Positions 37,870 through 50,974 of a DNA stretch of 64,000 bases are shown here, piece after piece; within the stretch, counting starts at the first letter, position 1, and each line of letters begins with the position of its first letter. The translations under genes and the position numbers were made by a program. The notes under the pieces were generated by a model. It saw nothing but the letters and a program-made list of their open reading frames with translations. It was not told where the DNA came from and did not search any database. The stretch comes from Strigamia acuminata (Eukaryota), in contig OX442314.1 of NCBI GenBank assembly GCA_949358305.1, positions 7,998,001 through 8,062,000 on the forward strand, read 5' to 3'.

Positions 37870-38454
37870 CTCGAGTAGCATTCAAAAAGCAGGTTTACAA
37901 AGTCTGCTCCCATTCGTCAGTTTCAAGGTCAGCCAGTTTACTACTAACTCCAGTCTGTAGGAGAAGTAGTTTTAGTTTTTATTTATTGTTGGGCTTGTTA
38001 TGACTAGTTTTGTTAATGTTATTTTGATTTTTTTTCATAAAAAATGTTATTTCCATCATTAAAATGAAGTTTTACACATTAAAAAATGTCAAACTCATGT
38101 TTGTTGTGTTTATTGCTTACATCGTCTGGAAAAAAATATATTTTTGAACTATTTATTGGTTACTCAGTCTGGAGCCTAAACAACTTTTGAATTATTTATT
38201 GGTTACTCAGTCTGGAGCCTAAACAACTTTTGAATTATTTATTGGTTGCTTTGTTATGCCGTTTAGTAAAATATAATTATGAAGGGCAACAGATATTGCT
38301 TCAACTTGTGGGCAGACATCTTTGTTTAACCTTGACAATGTACAGACATTGTAATCGATGTGTTTTGGGTCTACTTTTCTGGATCACTACACTCAGTAAA
38401 CTGGCGACCAATGGGAGTAGACTTTCTAAACCTGCTTTTTGAATGCTACTCGAG
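37870..38454. mobile_element. Tc1/mariner-type MITE
   Basis: TA|CTCGAGTAGCATTCAAAAAGCAGGTTTA...TAAACCTGCTTTTTGAATGCTACTCGAG|TA. Confidence 0.85.
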
Positions 38455-38894
38455 TATAGTTCTTGTTCATTCGTTCTTTCAAAAAATCCTTGTTATCTTT
38501 TGAAAAATGTCTTAGTTTGAATTTTGTTGATTATTTTATGTAACTATTATAATTGGAAAATCTCGAATTCTCTACGAAAAATCTACTTCTGTTTTGATTA
38601 GATTTTTTCAAGATATTTTATTATATTTTGGAAATTTCGAAATTATGAATTTTTTTTAATCAAGAAATTTGACTTATAAAATTCTTGTTGTATTTTGAAA
38701 TTGTCTGAGACCAAATCCTCTGATTATTTTGCTAATTCATTCTAATCAAGAAAGTTACCAATTTAATTGTTTTCTAAAAATCTACTGTGGATTCTATTAA
38801 GTTTTTCAAAATATATATTTCTGTTATATTTTGAGAAATCTCGAAACTACGAATTTCGACGCTAAAATGGATAAAAAAATTTGGAAATAAAAAC

Positions 38895-40025
38895 TGTCAC
38901 GGCCCGTGTTTCCTACGCGTACAGTTTACGCATTGTTAACCCGTGTTTGTTCCTATTAAACCTAATTTGTGATTCTCCTACCTTTGTTGTTTTGTTTATG
39001 TTTGATTCGTGAGTTTTCCTCATTTTCCTTCTATCTTATCTCTTACTCTCTCCTAACTTTCTCTTCATTCTCTCACTTTTCTCTTATCTACTCCTAGTTT
39101 TTCTTCTTTAGTTTATGATTTTGATGCAAGTCTATTTGCATATCTATTCTGGTCAGTACGCGTCGGCGTTAGTCATACACTTAGTATGCACCGACTGTAC
39201 TGATTGGCTCTTGACTCTTCCGTGATTGGTCAAGCTTGGTTGAGTCCAAGTTTACCTCTCACCCTATTTTTCCTCTTTTGCTTCAGTTGATCTCAGTATC
39301 CCGAACGCGTAGGTGCTCCTTTGGAGCCGGTGCTCATGGCTGAGGTTTAACTCCGAAGCTCACTCGTAGCTTTGCATTCGCCCTGGAATTCTGCAACACG
39401 GTTTCAGGCTTTCATTTCATTTCGCGTGTTAACTCACGGTTTTACACCACTCGTTCACCATTTGTTTTCCTGCTCCTTTTTGTTCATGTTTTATCGCCGT
39501 GACGCGTTATCCAAGGCCAAACAGGATTTGTTGGCCATAAGTTCGAAGTTTGTGTCGTTTATTTCGCGTGTGCGTGCATCTAGCTTAGTTTAGCCGCCTG
39601 CCATTTGGGCTTTAGCTTTAATTAAGCATTAAGTCAGGTTTAGAGTTAGGTTTAGGGCCCGTGCGTTGTATAAGCACGAGTAAATTGCCCATCCTCGTTC
39701 AGACTCGACAGTTTGGGGTTGCTTATGAGCCACTACGAGACGTGCATTCGTTTGCCTTCGTGTGAAAACACGATTGTTGGCGGGTCACGCGTTGGGTTTT
39801 GGTTCAGACGCGACTACCGGACATTCTGTCCCCGAGTTTTACAGCGCGGGATACCCGGCCACAAATAAATATTAGTGTGGTGCACAGTATCTGAGAGTGT
39901 GTTAGCTGCCACTTCCTGCGCACATTCGATTTACGGCAGGTACGAAACTACCAGGGTGTGTGAATTTACTGTTTCGCGGCGTCTTTCAAACGCTTCTAAA
40001 CCACCTAGACTCGCGATCCATCACA
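38895..40025. mobile_element. Solo LTR
   Basis: TGTCAC...ATCACA with 4-bp TSD AAAC on both sides. Confidence 0.75.
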
Positions 40026-40629
40026 AAACAATAAAATTTTATTTTCAAGTTGGGTAAAACTTGACTAGTTTTGTTCTATTGTTCTGTTCAATGTTAGGTG
40101 TTGTAGTAAAATATGAGATCTATGAATACGCATTTAAGATGCAATTCTTGATTTCTACCTCAAGGAGGGATTTAAAGGGATGAAGGAGGAAATCACCCGA
40201 GGCAAGGCCATGGGAAAGTGCATTAAATTATTCTGCTGTTTGAATTAAAGAGTTTTAAAAGGAAGTAGGTCATTGACTTCACCTGCTTCTATCACAACTG
40301 GTTTTTTTGGAACGTTTCATTTTACTGGAGGGAAAATGAATAAATGACGTGATTTGTTTACATGTACTTTGTTGGCAAAATCACACATATTAACCATTTT
40401 TAGGAAAGTGGGAGGTAATTAAAGTGAAAGTGGGGGTAAATCGTATGGACTTCCAATGACAGTGGGCAACATTTGCCATTGTTTAAAGTTTTCTGAGGGT
40501 ATTGGAAGTGGGGGTTACGGCAAAATTAAAAGTGGGGGTAATTTTAAACGGTTTTTCTCGAGATGGTGAGTCGAATGCTATATTGCACGTATGGGTCAGG
40601 GTGTTTGATCACATGTTGAATCTGCACTT

Positions 40630-41013
40630 GGTGAAATTTTGGCTATGTCCAACACGCTTCATTGGTGAAATTTTGGCTATGTCCAACACGCTTTGTTGGT
40701 GAAATTTGGCTATGTCCAACACGCTTCGTTGGTGATATTTTGACTATGTTCCACAAGCTTGGTTTGATATTTCGGCTATGTTCCACAAGCTTGGTTTGAT
40801 ATTTTGACTATGTTCCACAAGCTTGGTTTGATATTTCGGCTATGTTCCACAAGCTTGGTTTGATATTTTGACTATGTTCCACAAGCTTGGTTTGATATTT
40901 TGACTATGTTCCACAAGCTTGGTTTGATATTTTGACTATGTTCCACAAGCTTGGTTTGATATTTCGGCTATGTTCCACAAGCTTGGTTCGATATTTTGAC
41001 TAAGTTCCACAAG
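40630..41013. repeat. Minisatellite: about three ~34-bp units, then about nine 32-bp units (GATATTTTGACTATGTTCCACAAGCTTGGTTT)
   Basis: Directly visible; there are no unique spacers. Confidence 0.93.
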
Positions 41014-43488
41014 TTTCTGTATTTATATTTGTACTTATTTCTTATTTCATGTATTTATATTTGCAATTATTTCTTATTTTAATTAAAATTCAATTCATTT
41101 GTAAATAAATGTATTAAGATTTTTTAATAAAAAATAAATAAATAGGAAATGTAAAATGTGTAATTCAATTTATTTGCAGATAAATGTATTAAGATTTTTT
41201 AATAAAAAAGTCAATTGAAATGTTTAATAGGAAATGTAAAATGTCTAATTCATTTCATTTACAAATAAATGTATTAAGAATTTTTACATTTCCTATTAAA
41301 CATTTCAATTGACTTTTTTATTAAAAATTATCTTTATTTGACCTAAAAACAATTTCATTTTAAATAAAAATTCAATTGCCCCTGGGGAAATTTTTTTTAT
41401 TCACAAATGAAATGTGACCTAGTTGAAAGACCAGTTTAATTGCAAAAGAGTTGAAATGTATTAACACAATTTAAAATGAGAATTCATTTGATTTTTTTGT
41501 CCTGTGTGTTGTTATTAATTCCTTATTTTAATTCTATTTACAAAAAAAAATAAAACTTATTTTTAAATAAGAAAAAGTTAATTGAAAGAAAGTTTTTATT
41601 TGTTAATAGATATTAAAGTTGGAATTTATTAAACCAATTTAAAAATGAAATGGAATTAGAATTAAAACTATCCATTAGAAAAAATCAAATGAATTCTCAT
41701 TTGATTCTTTTTAATTCCATTTTAACTTTTATAATTAATAATTTTCATTTACAAATAAAAATTTTATTCCTTCTAAGTAATGGAACTTTCCAAAACCAGC
41801 TGTGTTAAAAGTAAGCCATGTGACAGCATGTAATATATCTTGTAGGAAAAACGGATATGTGATCAAACAAACAAATTGATAAACATTTATCAAAACAAAA
41901 AAAAACAAAAAAAAAATGTTAAACAGTCGAATGAAAATATTTTTTTCCTCACCAGCAATTAAATTTCCCCCCCGAAGGCTTTTGCTCTTTAAAAACAAAA
42001 ATAGCCTTTAGAGATTTTTTTTAATGAGTCAGAAAAAACAGGTTTTCAAAGTGACTCAATCAGAAATAAATGAATAATAAATTGTAAAGAAAAATAATTT
42101 TATTCAGCTTTTAATTAAAAATTCTTTTACACATTTTATTTGTTTTTCAAAATTTTTTTTTTACATTGACAAACGAGTTAGCAGAACAGGGGGCACTGCA
42201 ATGATTACATACGTCACAATTAAACAAGACACTGTTAAATGAATGGCGTAAGAATGCTCTAGTATGTTCATAAAACTCCATTTTTATAAACATTCCTTCT
42301 CTTCATCAAAAAAATCTATATCCTTAATTTTCTTGCCCGGAATAATTTGATACAACTGCCTTATGTGTACTCTTGTTTCTGAGTTGAGAGAATCATGTAT
42401 TATTCTTGCTCTTCTTTTTATTATTTTGCTTAGTTCAGGAAATTGTCCATCAATGCGAAATACAAATGCAAAATTATTTATATCTGTAATTTCAGCCCCC
42501 CATCTACTTATAAGTTCAAAGATTATTTGCAGTAATATTTTCTCACTTTTTTCATAAGTTGCACAAAAAAATTCCATGTTATTCAGCTGAGAAATAATTT
42601 ATTTTTAATTGAAAATTTAATTAAAATGATGTTTACATACTATATTTTTAATTTATTTTTAATTGAAAATTTAATTAAAAGCAATTTTATTTATATTTTT
42701 AAAAATTTATTTATTTATTATGCATTGCCGGATGAGTCACGCTGCTTTAATATAATTACATGGTCACGTGTTTTGAATTAAATCAGGTGTTTATTCACAT
42801 ATTCATTTTTATTTCCAGATTTAATATGTGAAATATAATTTGTAATTACACCCAATTAATCAAAAGACTATTTCCTTATTCAGAGAAAAAACAGTAAAAC
42901 TAACAATATAAATATTATTTTAAAAACTTGTGATAATTAATTACATAATGCCGCATTATATATATATATAGAGTAGCATTTAGCCGAATAAATGACTTAT
43001 TTCAGCCAATTCCTGGATTTCGGCGATAGTTACATTGTCGTGTATGTATTTGACGTGTTCAATATTCTCACTGGAAAATCTACCAAGTTTCTCCACCAGA
43101 GTTTGAATCTTGATCTGAAATGCCACAAAAGTAACGAATCGGTTCTCTGATCTATTGAGCCTCCATAATTAACCAAAAGGAATAATGATAAATGTTTCAA
43201 AATTATTTTCCTTTCATCGGTAGTTTTGTTCTGTTGGAGTTCAAAGAGATACATTTTAATTCTTTTCTTTCTCAAATTGAAGTGAATATAATAATGTTGC
43301 TTTTTTTATATATAGAAAATTTTTGTTACGGTTTCATTTTTGATTTGATACGGACTTTAACACATGCCCGTGCTTGTTTGCAGACTTTCCGTAAGGTTTT
43401 GTGCGAATCTTTGTTGATTTCAAATTAGGATCGTTTTAACTTCTTAAATAATTTCATTTTTTTGTGAAAAATGGAAATTGGGTTTACT

Positions 43489-43908
43489 TTACAACAACTC
43501 GAGATTATTCATTCCTCGAATGATTTTAATGATTGTATTCTGCCTGAGATTAAGATTGGCTGCTAAATAGAGCGCAAAGAGGCAAAACATCCCGCAAGAA
43601 TCCTCTTTTGTCAACGAATACACTTCTTTTGTAGCATAATCTAGGGTAACGTCTCTTCCGACAAAATCAATGATCTCTTTAGGTGGAACGTTTCCCAAAT
43701 TATCAAAGTATATGCCTCTGTCATTGCAAAGATACAAGCTGACCCAATGGGTACCACCACCCGTCGATGGGTCTAAATTGATGACGAAGCTTTCATTCTT
43801 GCCCCGGTGATTCGCGAGCGGTTTCAAGCAATCGATGGGCAACACGTTGTTGAAGTGAGCGATACGTAGTTTATTCTTCGCCCAGTTGTAAATTTCCACG
43901 TTATTCAT
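43489..43908 (-). CDS. Maverick/Polinton adenain-like cysteine protease
   Basis: VINLD...GTHWV...YFD..G..PP...CGMFC. Its ATG overlaps the integrase stop (ATGA). Confidence 0.85.
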   Translation of the reverse strand: MNNVEIYNWAKNKLRIAHFNNVLPIDCLKPLANHRGKNESFVINLDPSTGGGTHWVSLYLCNDRGIYFDNLGNVPPKEIIDFVGRDVTLDYATKEVYSLTKEDSCGMFCLFALYLAANLNLRQNTIIKIIRGMNNLELL

Positions 43909-44235
43909 TTTTTAATGTCGATGAGATCATCCACCCATGAATTATGCTTCTGATTGTAGCCGACCCATTTCACTAGGTACTTCCATGATCCATCGCTGTT
44001 TTTCTTTTTTCTAATGACTTTCTCGATCAAGTAGGGATCATCTACCCTGGTTTCAGTTTTTTGGAGTTCTTCACGGTAAAAGGAACCTTCGATCGATTCT
44101 CCCAAACTGTCTTTCAATTTGAAAATTGGAGGTTCATACGTCGTGTCCACTTTATCAATTGTAAAGATTTCATTAGTCCAATTTTGCAAAAACCCTTTGT
44201 CAAATATGGATTTGGATTTGGAAATACGCACTCGG
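43905..44235 (-). pseudogene. Maverick/Polinton integrase C-terminus with chromodomain, 5' truncated by an LTR fragment
   Basis: VRISKSKSIFDKGFLQNWTNEIF...GSFYREELQK...YLIEKV...YLVKWVGY..HNSWV. Confidence 0.88.
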
Positions 44236-46798
44236 CAGTCAAATCCATCCAATCCCAGATCATAGGAAGTGGATACTCAGGACATAGTCTTCTACTAGGT
44301 CCACTACAGGAACTGGATACGCAGGACACACTTTGGATTAAGTCCCTTTGACTATAATCCAAAAGGAGTCCAACTCACAGTGGGTGATGAGGGGTGACTT
44401 CACCAGGTGTAAAGTTTGCACATAATTCAATAGAATTATGTGACAAATAAATCAACTAGCATTTAAACATCCAAAAGTATTTAAAAGTGTCTAAAGTCGC
44501 AGTGGAATAAAATATAAATAGTAATTTATATTTTATTCACTCAAAAATTGTCGAAATTTGAAATTACCGCTAAAACGTATCAGCGCCATCTATTGGTGAA
44601 ATAATCGTCCTATACTAGCAAAGTGTATGACAGTGTAACCGTCACAAGTTTCAAACCGGAATAAATGTTATATGTTTTGAGAAAACATCAGGTTTGCATA
44701 TTTTACACTTTCACACAGATAGTTCACACTTTAGTTTAGCAATTGCTATCTCCAGAAGGTAATCGTCACACAGGAATAACTGAAAATATAATATTCTTTA
44801 AAAATTTTATTCTTGGATTTTTTTTTTTTTTCATCTTAGAACCAAGATTAAGTTTTTCAATAAATAAAAATGTCTATACGTAGATTGAATTCACAAATCT
44901 GGAGTTCAAACATTTTTTTATGCCTTTGCATTTTGAAAATTTTGACTGCAAACATTTTTGTGAACTTTAAGCTTATATACTGCTATACTAGTATTACCTT
45001 TAAATGCTGGTCACATGCTGTTGGAGGGAATAAATTTTCAAATTTAATCATGAGGTAAGCGGTTAAGTCGATTGATTTTTCTGAAAAACATTGAAACAGT
45101 CAAAATTATGGCTGGCTTTTTTACGCCGCAGAAAAAAATTTCAATAACTTGTTCATTTTCATTGCAAATGAGGCACAATTAATTAATTCCTATAAATTGC
45201 CCAAATGTGTGCTCTCAGAAATTAAATGTGTTAAATACCTATGTTTATTCGTGAGCAATTACCAAAAGAAAGTGGAATCGGATGCATTGATATGTTTAGT
45301 GGTGTTTTATATCCATATATTTCCTACAAGAAAAATAATTTGATGTGATTGTTTTTGGAATATAACATACGGTAGTATACTTTATTCTCAATATCAATTG
45401 TGTCATGTATGTTGAGTGTTCTCCAGATTTCTTCCAGCGACAATTTGTTGCTGAACAATTGCCAGGGCGATATTTCATTGCACATTTTCTTGGTGTGTTT
45501 AATTAAGTGTAATCTGGCTTTGTCCATGTCATCATTTTGTTTTTCACCACAGACCGTGATCGACTGAAATTCTACAAAGCGACGTTGATCTATTCTAACG
45601 ATTTTTGTTACCAGTTCATTAATGTAGTATTTGAAACGAATTTGCAAGCAATATAAAGTGAATCCTGCAGTCACAAATACCAGCACAAACTTAAGCTTTT
45701 CTAAGATTTTATCTGTCATCGTTTTCTCTTCACCGGCCAAGACTTTCTTCTTGCATGTTTCATACAAATAGCGAATCTTATTGTCGGGCCTTTTTTGATT
45801 TGGGTTTGACGCAACATAATGTAAATACCAAGTGATTTCAGGTAATGAGATTATCGACAGACCGAGAAACAGACCCAGATTGCCTCCTAAATCCGAAAGT
45901 AGAGCAATAACATCATAGGTGTACCGTTCTTCATACACGGTGATTTTGTCATTAGGTATTTCTAAAGATATAGATACAGTATTTTTATCATCTGCTATGT
46001 CATTATCACTGAACGGTGTAAAAGTTAATTTTTGACATGAACGTTGACATAGACAATCGGAAATTGGTTTTGTATTTTCCATCAATTCAAGTGCAATATG
46101 GTATTGTTCGTGTGTGCTGTTCGAACATCTGCATAGTGGTAAATCGGTTTCCGTAAAGGGGAATCTTTTAAAGGAGATATTTAATTAATGTTTTTGTGAT
46201 ACCATCTCATATATTGTTACCTGCATTTTAGATGCTTTTTAAATAGTTTCGATAGACAATTTCTGTAGCATTCTCTGTATTCGTCTTCACTGGAGCATTG
46301 ATTTATAGGTGAATTAACAAATATAAACTAAAAATCAAAACAGAATAAAGTGATCCATACATAGTAATTTTTAAGTTATTGGGTAAAATTGTACTTTCAT
46401 ATAACTCAAATAAATTTTTGTTGTTGCACCGGGATATACTACAGTTACACCAAACTGTCTTTCAAAATTTGAGAACGCAAGGATAATCTAAGTGTAAAAA
46501 GAGAATCAATAACAGTCACACAAGTGTTGTTTATTAATATTACCTTATAATAAGCTTTAGGGCATATGTTAGACATTTTTTTCATGGTTAATGTCAGTAG
46601 TTCTCCAAATAAATATTTACTAGAAGCTTGTGCTGTAACAATAAATGATATGTATAGATAGTGCTGAGTTTTTGAATGTTTGTTTGTAGTTACGAAATTG
46701 AAATGTCGAGCATATCCCATATTTACGGATGGATTCTGTCTGAACAATCATTAAATGTGAATTTGAAAATTTCTGCAAGAAATAAAGGCCATAAATTA

Positions 46799-47596
46799 TG
46801 TTTAGACATAAAACTATGTCTAGGAGGACACAAACCATGCAGCAACACGACAATAACAACAACAAATGCCACAGTGGAAAACAATTCCCATCAATAGATG
46901 GCAACAACAACAATACCACAACAGAAAACAATTTCCCATCAAGAGATGGCAGTGACTTTGTTGGAATGATAAGGTCTAAGGTTAAATATAAGTAGAAAGT
47001 ATCTTATACCTTACTTATTTAATATTGTACGTGAAAGTCATAGGTTGTTGTGACCCCAAATGTCCTCATGATATTTGGATAAAATTTGTTAATATTATGT
47101 AATAATTTTAATGTATTTATTTCGCTCTTGCCTATGCTACAGTATCTATCGGCTATTGGCAAAAATTCATTACAGCTACCATGGTAACGATACTGCCAAA
47201 ATTAGAGGATTGCTATGGCTAGCCCCTATTGAGCACCGTTGCTAAGTACGAAGTGTGCCAGACACATCGGATAAATCCTCTACCGGACCTCCTCGACGAA
47301 GGGCTACAGACTGAACACCTACCGCCTCTGACCACGTTCGATCGAAGACCGATCCTGCTCCAGAGCTGACAGTATTTTGTGAGTTCCTGCGAACAAGAAG
47401 ACTGGATTCATCCACGGCGCTGTACTGCCGGTTGTATTCGATCTTCCACATAGAATTTCCAGCTTCAACTCGTGGTTCAAACTCACGTTTCTCCACCGGC
47501 CTAGCTCCCTATCTACCTATCTAGCCACTGTTCTGGCTCCTTAGCCAAGCAAACACCGTGAAGTCGCCAGATTTTACACCCTTTGTGTCTTACACA
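46799..47596. mobile_element. Possible solo LTR in intron 1 of copy D
   Basis: TGTTTAGACA...TGTCTTACACA termini and internal short direct repeats; the TSD is not clean. Confidence 0.4.
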
Positions 47597-47608
47597 TTGA
47601 GCGGCAAT

Positions 47609-47836
47609 CAGGGACGTCTTTACACTTTTCAGCGCCCTGGGCTAATAAAACTCAGGCGCCCTTTGCCCAGCACTTTTCTGTGGCCGGCGCCCTTCTGTAC
47701 CCATCAAGCCTCTGTGCCCATCGAGTTTCTGTGCCCGGCGCCCTTCTGTGCCCATCGAGCCTCTGTGCCCGGCGCCCCCCTGTGCCCGGCGCCCCTGGGC
47801 TGCAGCCCAGTTAGCCCAATGGTAAAGGTGGCCCTG
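47609..47836. mobile_element. hAT-type MITE
   Basis: CAGGG...CCCTG ends with 8-bp TSD GCGGCAAT; a related end lies at about 21440-21537. Confidence 0.88.
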
Positions 47837-48773
47837 GCGGCAATTCGAGGGGAAACAACACTCGTTGTTTCTTTTAAGGCCAAATAATCTATAGAAGACC
47901 TGAAACAGCATTCAACTGGTTCCGCCACTTGAATTCCGGGACTGATTTAATTTAACTCATTGTTTGGAATATCCAGGAATGCAGGAAGATGTTAAAAAAA
48001 ATTTAAAAGATGTATTTGATACATTTACACTTTTTTAACCCTATTATTTATCCTAGTGTACTGTGCTTCTTTGAATCTTTTATTGTTATAAATTTTAAAA
48101 AGACGTGTTTTTTGTTTTTACCTTTATTTTTGCGCTTACTATTTCTTTCGTCAAATTAGTCGCTTGCCAAAGTTCTTCTATCTCGTATGTTGGATTTGCC
48201 ATCAGAGTTCTTACCATGTTAAAGCAGCCGGTGTGGATTTTTCCATAAGTTTTATTCCAAAGTCTGGCCATTTCTTTCGTATTGGTACTACAAATCTCAA
48301 AGTTAGGCAGAATGACATCTTCTGATCTGCTGGTCACGTCGACAGCCGTAGGATAACTTAAGTAATGCATTATTCTGTCGTAAGTCTGATAAGTGAGCAT
48401 GCACGTACAAAATGAGAATAAAAGTAACCACAAGACGTGATGCTGTCTCTGATGTCTTCTACTGCTTACGAAATCATCCAAACCGATTAACTTGCATCGA
48501 AGTTTGTTTGCATCCTCCTCCAGCAATCGGTGAATTGCCGAACGTAGTTTTCTCATCGAATAATTATTTTGCATATCTGTGACGCTATTGGACAAAAACT
48601 TATGATCAAGGCTTCATTGGCCCCAGTGGATTACTTAGAAATGTTCAAAGTTGAGGTTGTCTTAAATTATTATCCGTCGCAAAAAGAGAACCTGTTTACT
48701 TTTCTTTTTGGTACTTTGCTTACCAACCTTATTTACACTGGTCATTATCACAGAATCATTATCTGCATACAAG

Positions 48774-49639
48774 CAGTGTTGTGCGCGGTCCCGGTCTCGG
48801 ACCGGCGATCCAGGACCGCCGGTCCGCGGTCCCGGACCGCGGACCGTGACCGCGCTCCTTTTAAAAGGCCGGTCTAGGACCGCGGACCGGGACCGCGCTC
48901 CTTTTAAGAGGCCGGTCCAGGACCGCGGACCGGGACCGCGCTCTTTTTATAAATCCGTGGACCGCGGACCGCTTTTGCGGTACATCTCGCGGTCCACGAG
49001 AAAACACGAGATCTTCTCGTATTTTCTCGTGGATCGCGAGATTATACCGCAAAATACGAGATTATCCTAGTTTTATCGCGTTTTCAACTTAAAATTTGAT
49101 ATTTAATAAACATTATATATACTTTAAAGTCCATTCTCGTTTCATTGTACGCCTATTATAAGTGCATTCGTTCCTCGCGCGTCGTACAGACGCCGTACCG
49201 TATCGCTAACGTTCGCACGGGCCGTGCGACGCCATTAGCGAACCGAACCTCGTTTTCCCAAACTTTTGCACGACTTGTCGTGCTAATTTTTCATCTCTCT
49301 GCTCTCTGCTTTTTTTAATAAATTATTAAATATCAAATTTTAAGTTGAAAACGCGATAAAACTACGATATTCTCGTATTTTGCGGTATAATCTCGCGATC
49401 CACGAGAAAACACGAGAAGATCTCGTGTTTTCTCGTGGACCGCGAGATGTACCGCAAAAACGCGGTCCCGGTCCTGGACCGGGACCGCGTTCCCGGTCCG
49501 CGATCCACAGTGGACCGCGGACCGGGAACGCGGTACCGCTCGTGGGACCGCGGACCGAGACCGCGGTTCTTTTTAGCTGCCGGAACAGGACCGCGGACCG
49601 CGACCGCGGTACCAGGACCGCGGACCGCGCACAACACTG
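48774..49639. mobile_element. hAT-type MITE rich in GGACCGC/GCGGTCC repeats
   Basis: TIR CAGTGTTGTGCGCGGTCC...GGACCGCGCACAACACTG; 8-bp TSD CATACAAG. Confidence 0.93.
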
Positions 49640-50642
49640 CATACAAGATGTCTTTCCTGATTGTGTCATTTTTATGTCTTTTTCAGTGTTGGTCATAAAT
49701 TATATCATTTTATGTATTTTTCATTTCTGGCCATAAAATATATCATTTTTATGTATTTTTCAGTTGTAGTCATAAATTTTATTATTTTTATCTTTTTAAT
49801 CGTTTGTTAAGCAAACTCAGCTAGCAAAACACATCCGTTGACTGGTCCGTTGACTGGAGGGTTATCGTCGATGTTATTATCGGGTCTACATCGGGAAACA
49901 AGGTTAGGAACAGTCTGTTTTGCTCATTAGTTTAAGAACTTTAATCAGCTTTTGTCGATTATAGGAAATTGTATTTTGTTTGTAAAAATATGATTGGTTT
50001 AGTCGATGTGTTTTTATTTGTTTATATTTTTGTAATTTTTGTAATGAGGTGTAAAATCTTATTTTTAAATTTTGTAAAACAATTATTTTGAATATAAATT
50101 GATTTTTTTAATTTTAATTGATTTGTTTTCAAAATGTTTATAATTTTTTTTATAGAAATAAGCAAAAGAATTTATTACAGCTAAAACTAATCTTAAAAAA
50201 TGAAAGTTTTCTTGGCATAAATTTAATAATAAAAATAATTGTACATTCAGAACCTGTGGCGCTAAATTCAAATTGAAAAATAAAATACACGAAATAAATA
50301 CACAAAATAAAATGGTTTTTCGTCATTATCGTTTAAAACCGAATCGGTACTCGACTTAAACGCGTTTAAAACGCGCAAAATGCATCTAGGCAGTCATCAC
50401 ATAGTTTTTCCGATTCCAGTACAGTTGTGTTTTCACAACTAGACTGGGAGGTAGCACAGGCGCCACTTTTGTTGTGAGAAAAATCATCAAAAATAAAATT
50501 TTATTTATTATAAAATATGACAATCGTAATTACTCCCTCGATGGTCAATCTGGAGGATTACAAGATCTGTTATGAAAATAATATTCCAAGTTGGAAATAT
50601 TTAATAATTAATTAATTCAGCGAAAAATAAAAAATAAAGTAT

Positions 50643-50714
50643 TAGCAGAGGGTGGTTTCGATCCACCGGCCTCTGGGTTATGGGCCCAGCACGCTTCCAC
50701 TGCGCCACTCTGCT
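50643..50714 (-). tRNA. tRNA-iMet: Initiator tRNA-Met (CAT)
   Basis: AGCAGAGTGGCGCAGTGGAAGCGTGCTGGGCCCATAACCCAGAGGCCGGTGGATCGAAACCACCCTCTGCTA, with the A1:U72 pair, ATCG T-loop and downstream T-runs (Pol III terminator). Confidence 0.97.
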
Positions 50715-50974
50715 GACGATCATTCTTTCCGCAAAAACACATTCTTATTATTGACAAATGTCTTTGTAATAAATTTTGCCGCCAGATTGTCAAATAAAAC
50801 AATAAATACATAAAATGAGAGCATACCTGACTACAAAGTCTTTTAAATACGTTTTATAACTTTAAAAAAATCCATCTAGACAGCCATTTTGATAATTTTA
50901 CCGATTCCACTATGGTTGTGCATTCACGACTGAACTGGGAGATGTCAAAAAGCGCCACCAGGGCACCACTCTCG

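Larger units (their letters stand above)
36189..44770 (+). mobile_element. Rearranged gypsy-type LTR element in exon 9 of copy D
   Basis: 5' LTR 36189-37724 (TGTGAC...GTCACA); PBS TGGAGGTTCCACCGAGAT (tRNA-Gln) at 37727. The last 124 bp of the LTR recur at 44647-44770; TSD CAGG. An inverted, diverged LTR piece lies at about 44240-44646. No gag or pol is recognisable. Confidence 0.88.
32844..48574 (-). pseudogene. Double-domain DEG/ENaC copy D, open frame but interrupted by two LTR elements
   Basis: Exons 48122-48574, 46694-46772, 46544-46632, 46395-46487, 46221-46327, 45381-46164, 45239-45323, 44998-45080, [44771-44779 + 36098-36184], 35923-36035, [35779-35811 + 32844-33219]. Removing each insertion and one TSD copy restores the frame. 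Confidence 0.88.

Noticed and set aside
40630..41013. CRISPR-like 32-bp periodic array
   Set aside because: The units are contiguous with no unique spacers, there are no cas genes and the context is eukaryotic. It is a minisatellite.
36189..44646. About 410-bp inverted repeats as Maverick TIRs
   Set aside because: They begin with TGTGAC and belong to a 1.5-kb LTR followed by a tRNA-Gln PBS. The right copy cuts into the integrase. They are LTR pieces.
48569..49736. Several overlapping Arg/Gly/Pro-rich ORFs (also at 4571-5372)
   Set aside because: By-products of GC-rich MITE repeats.
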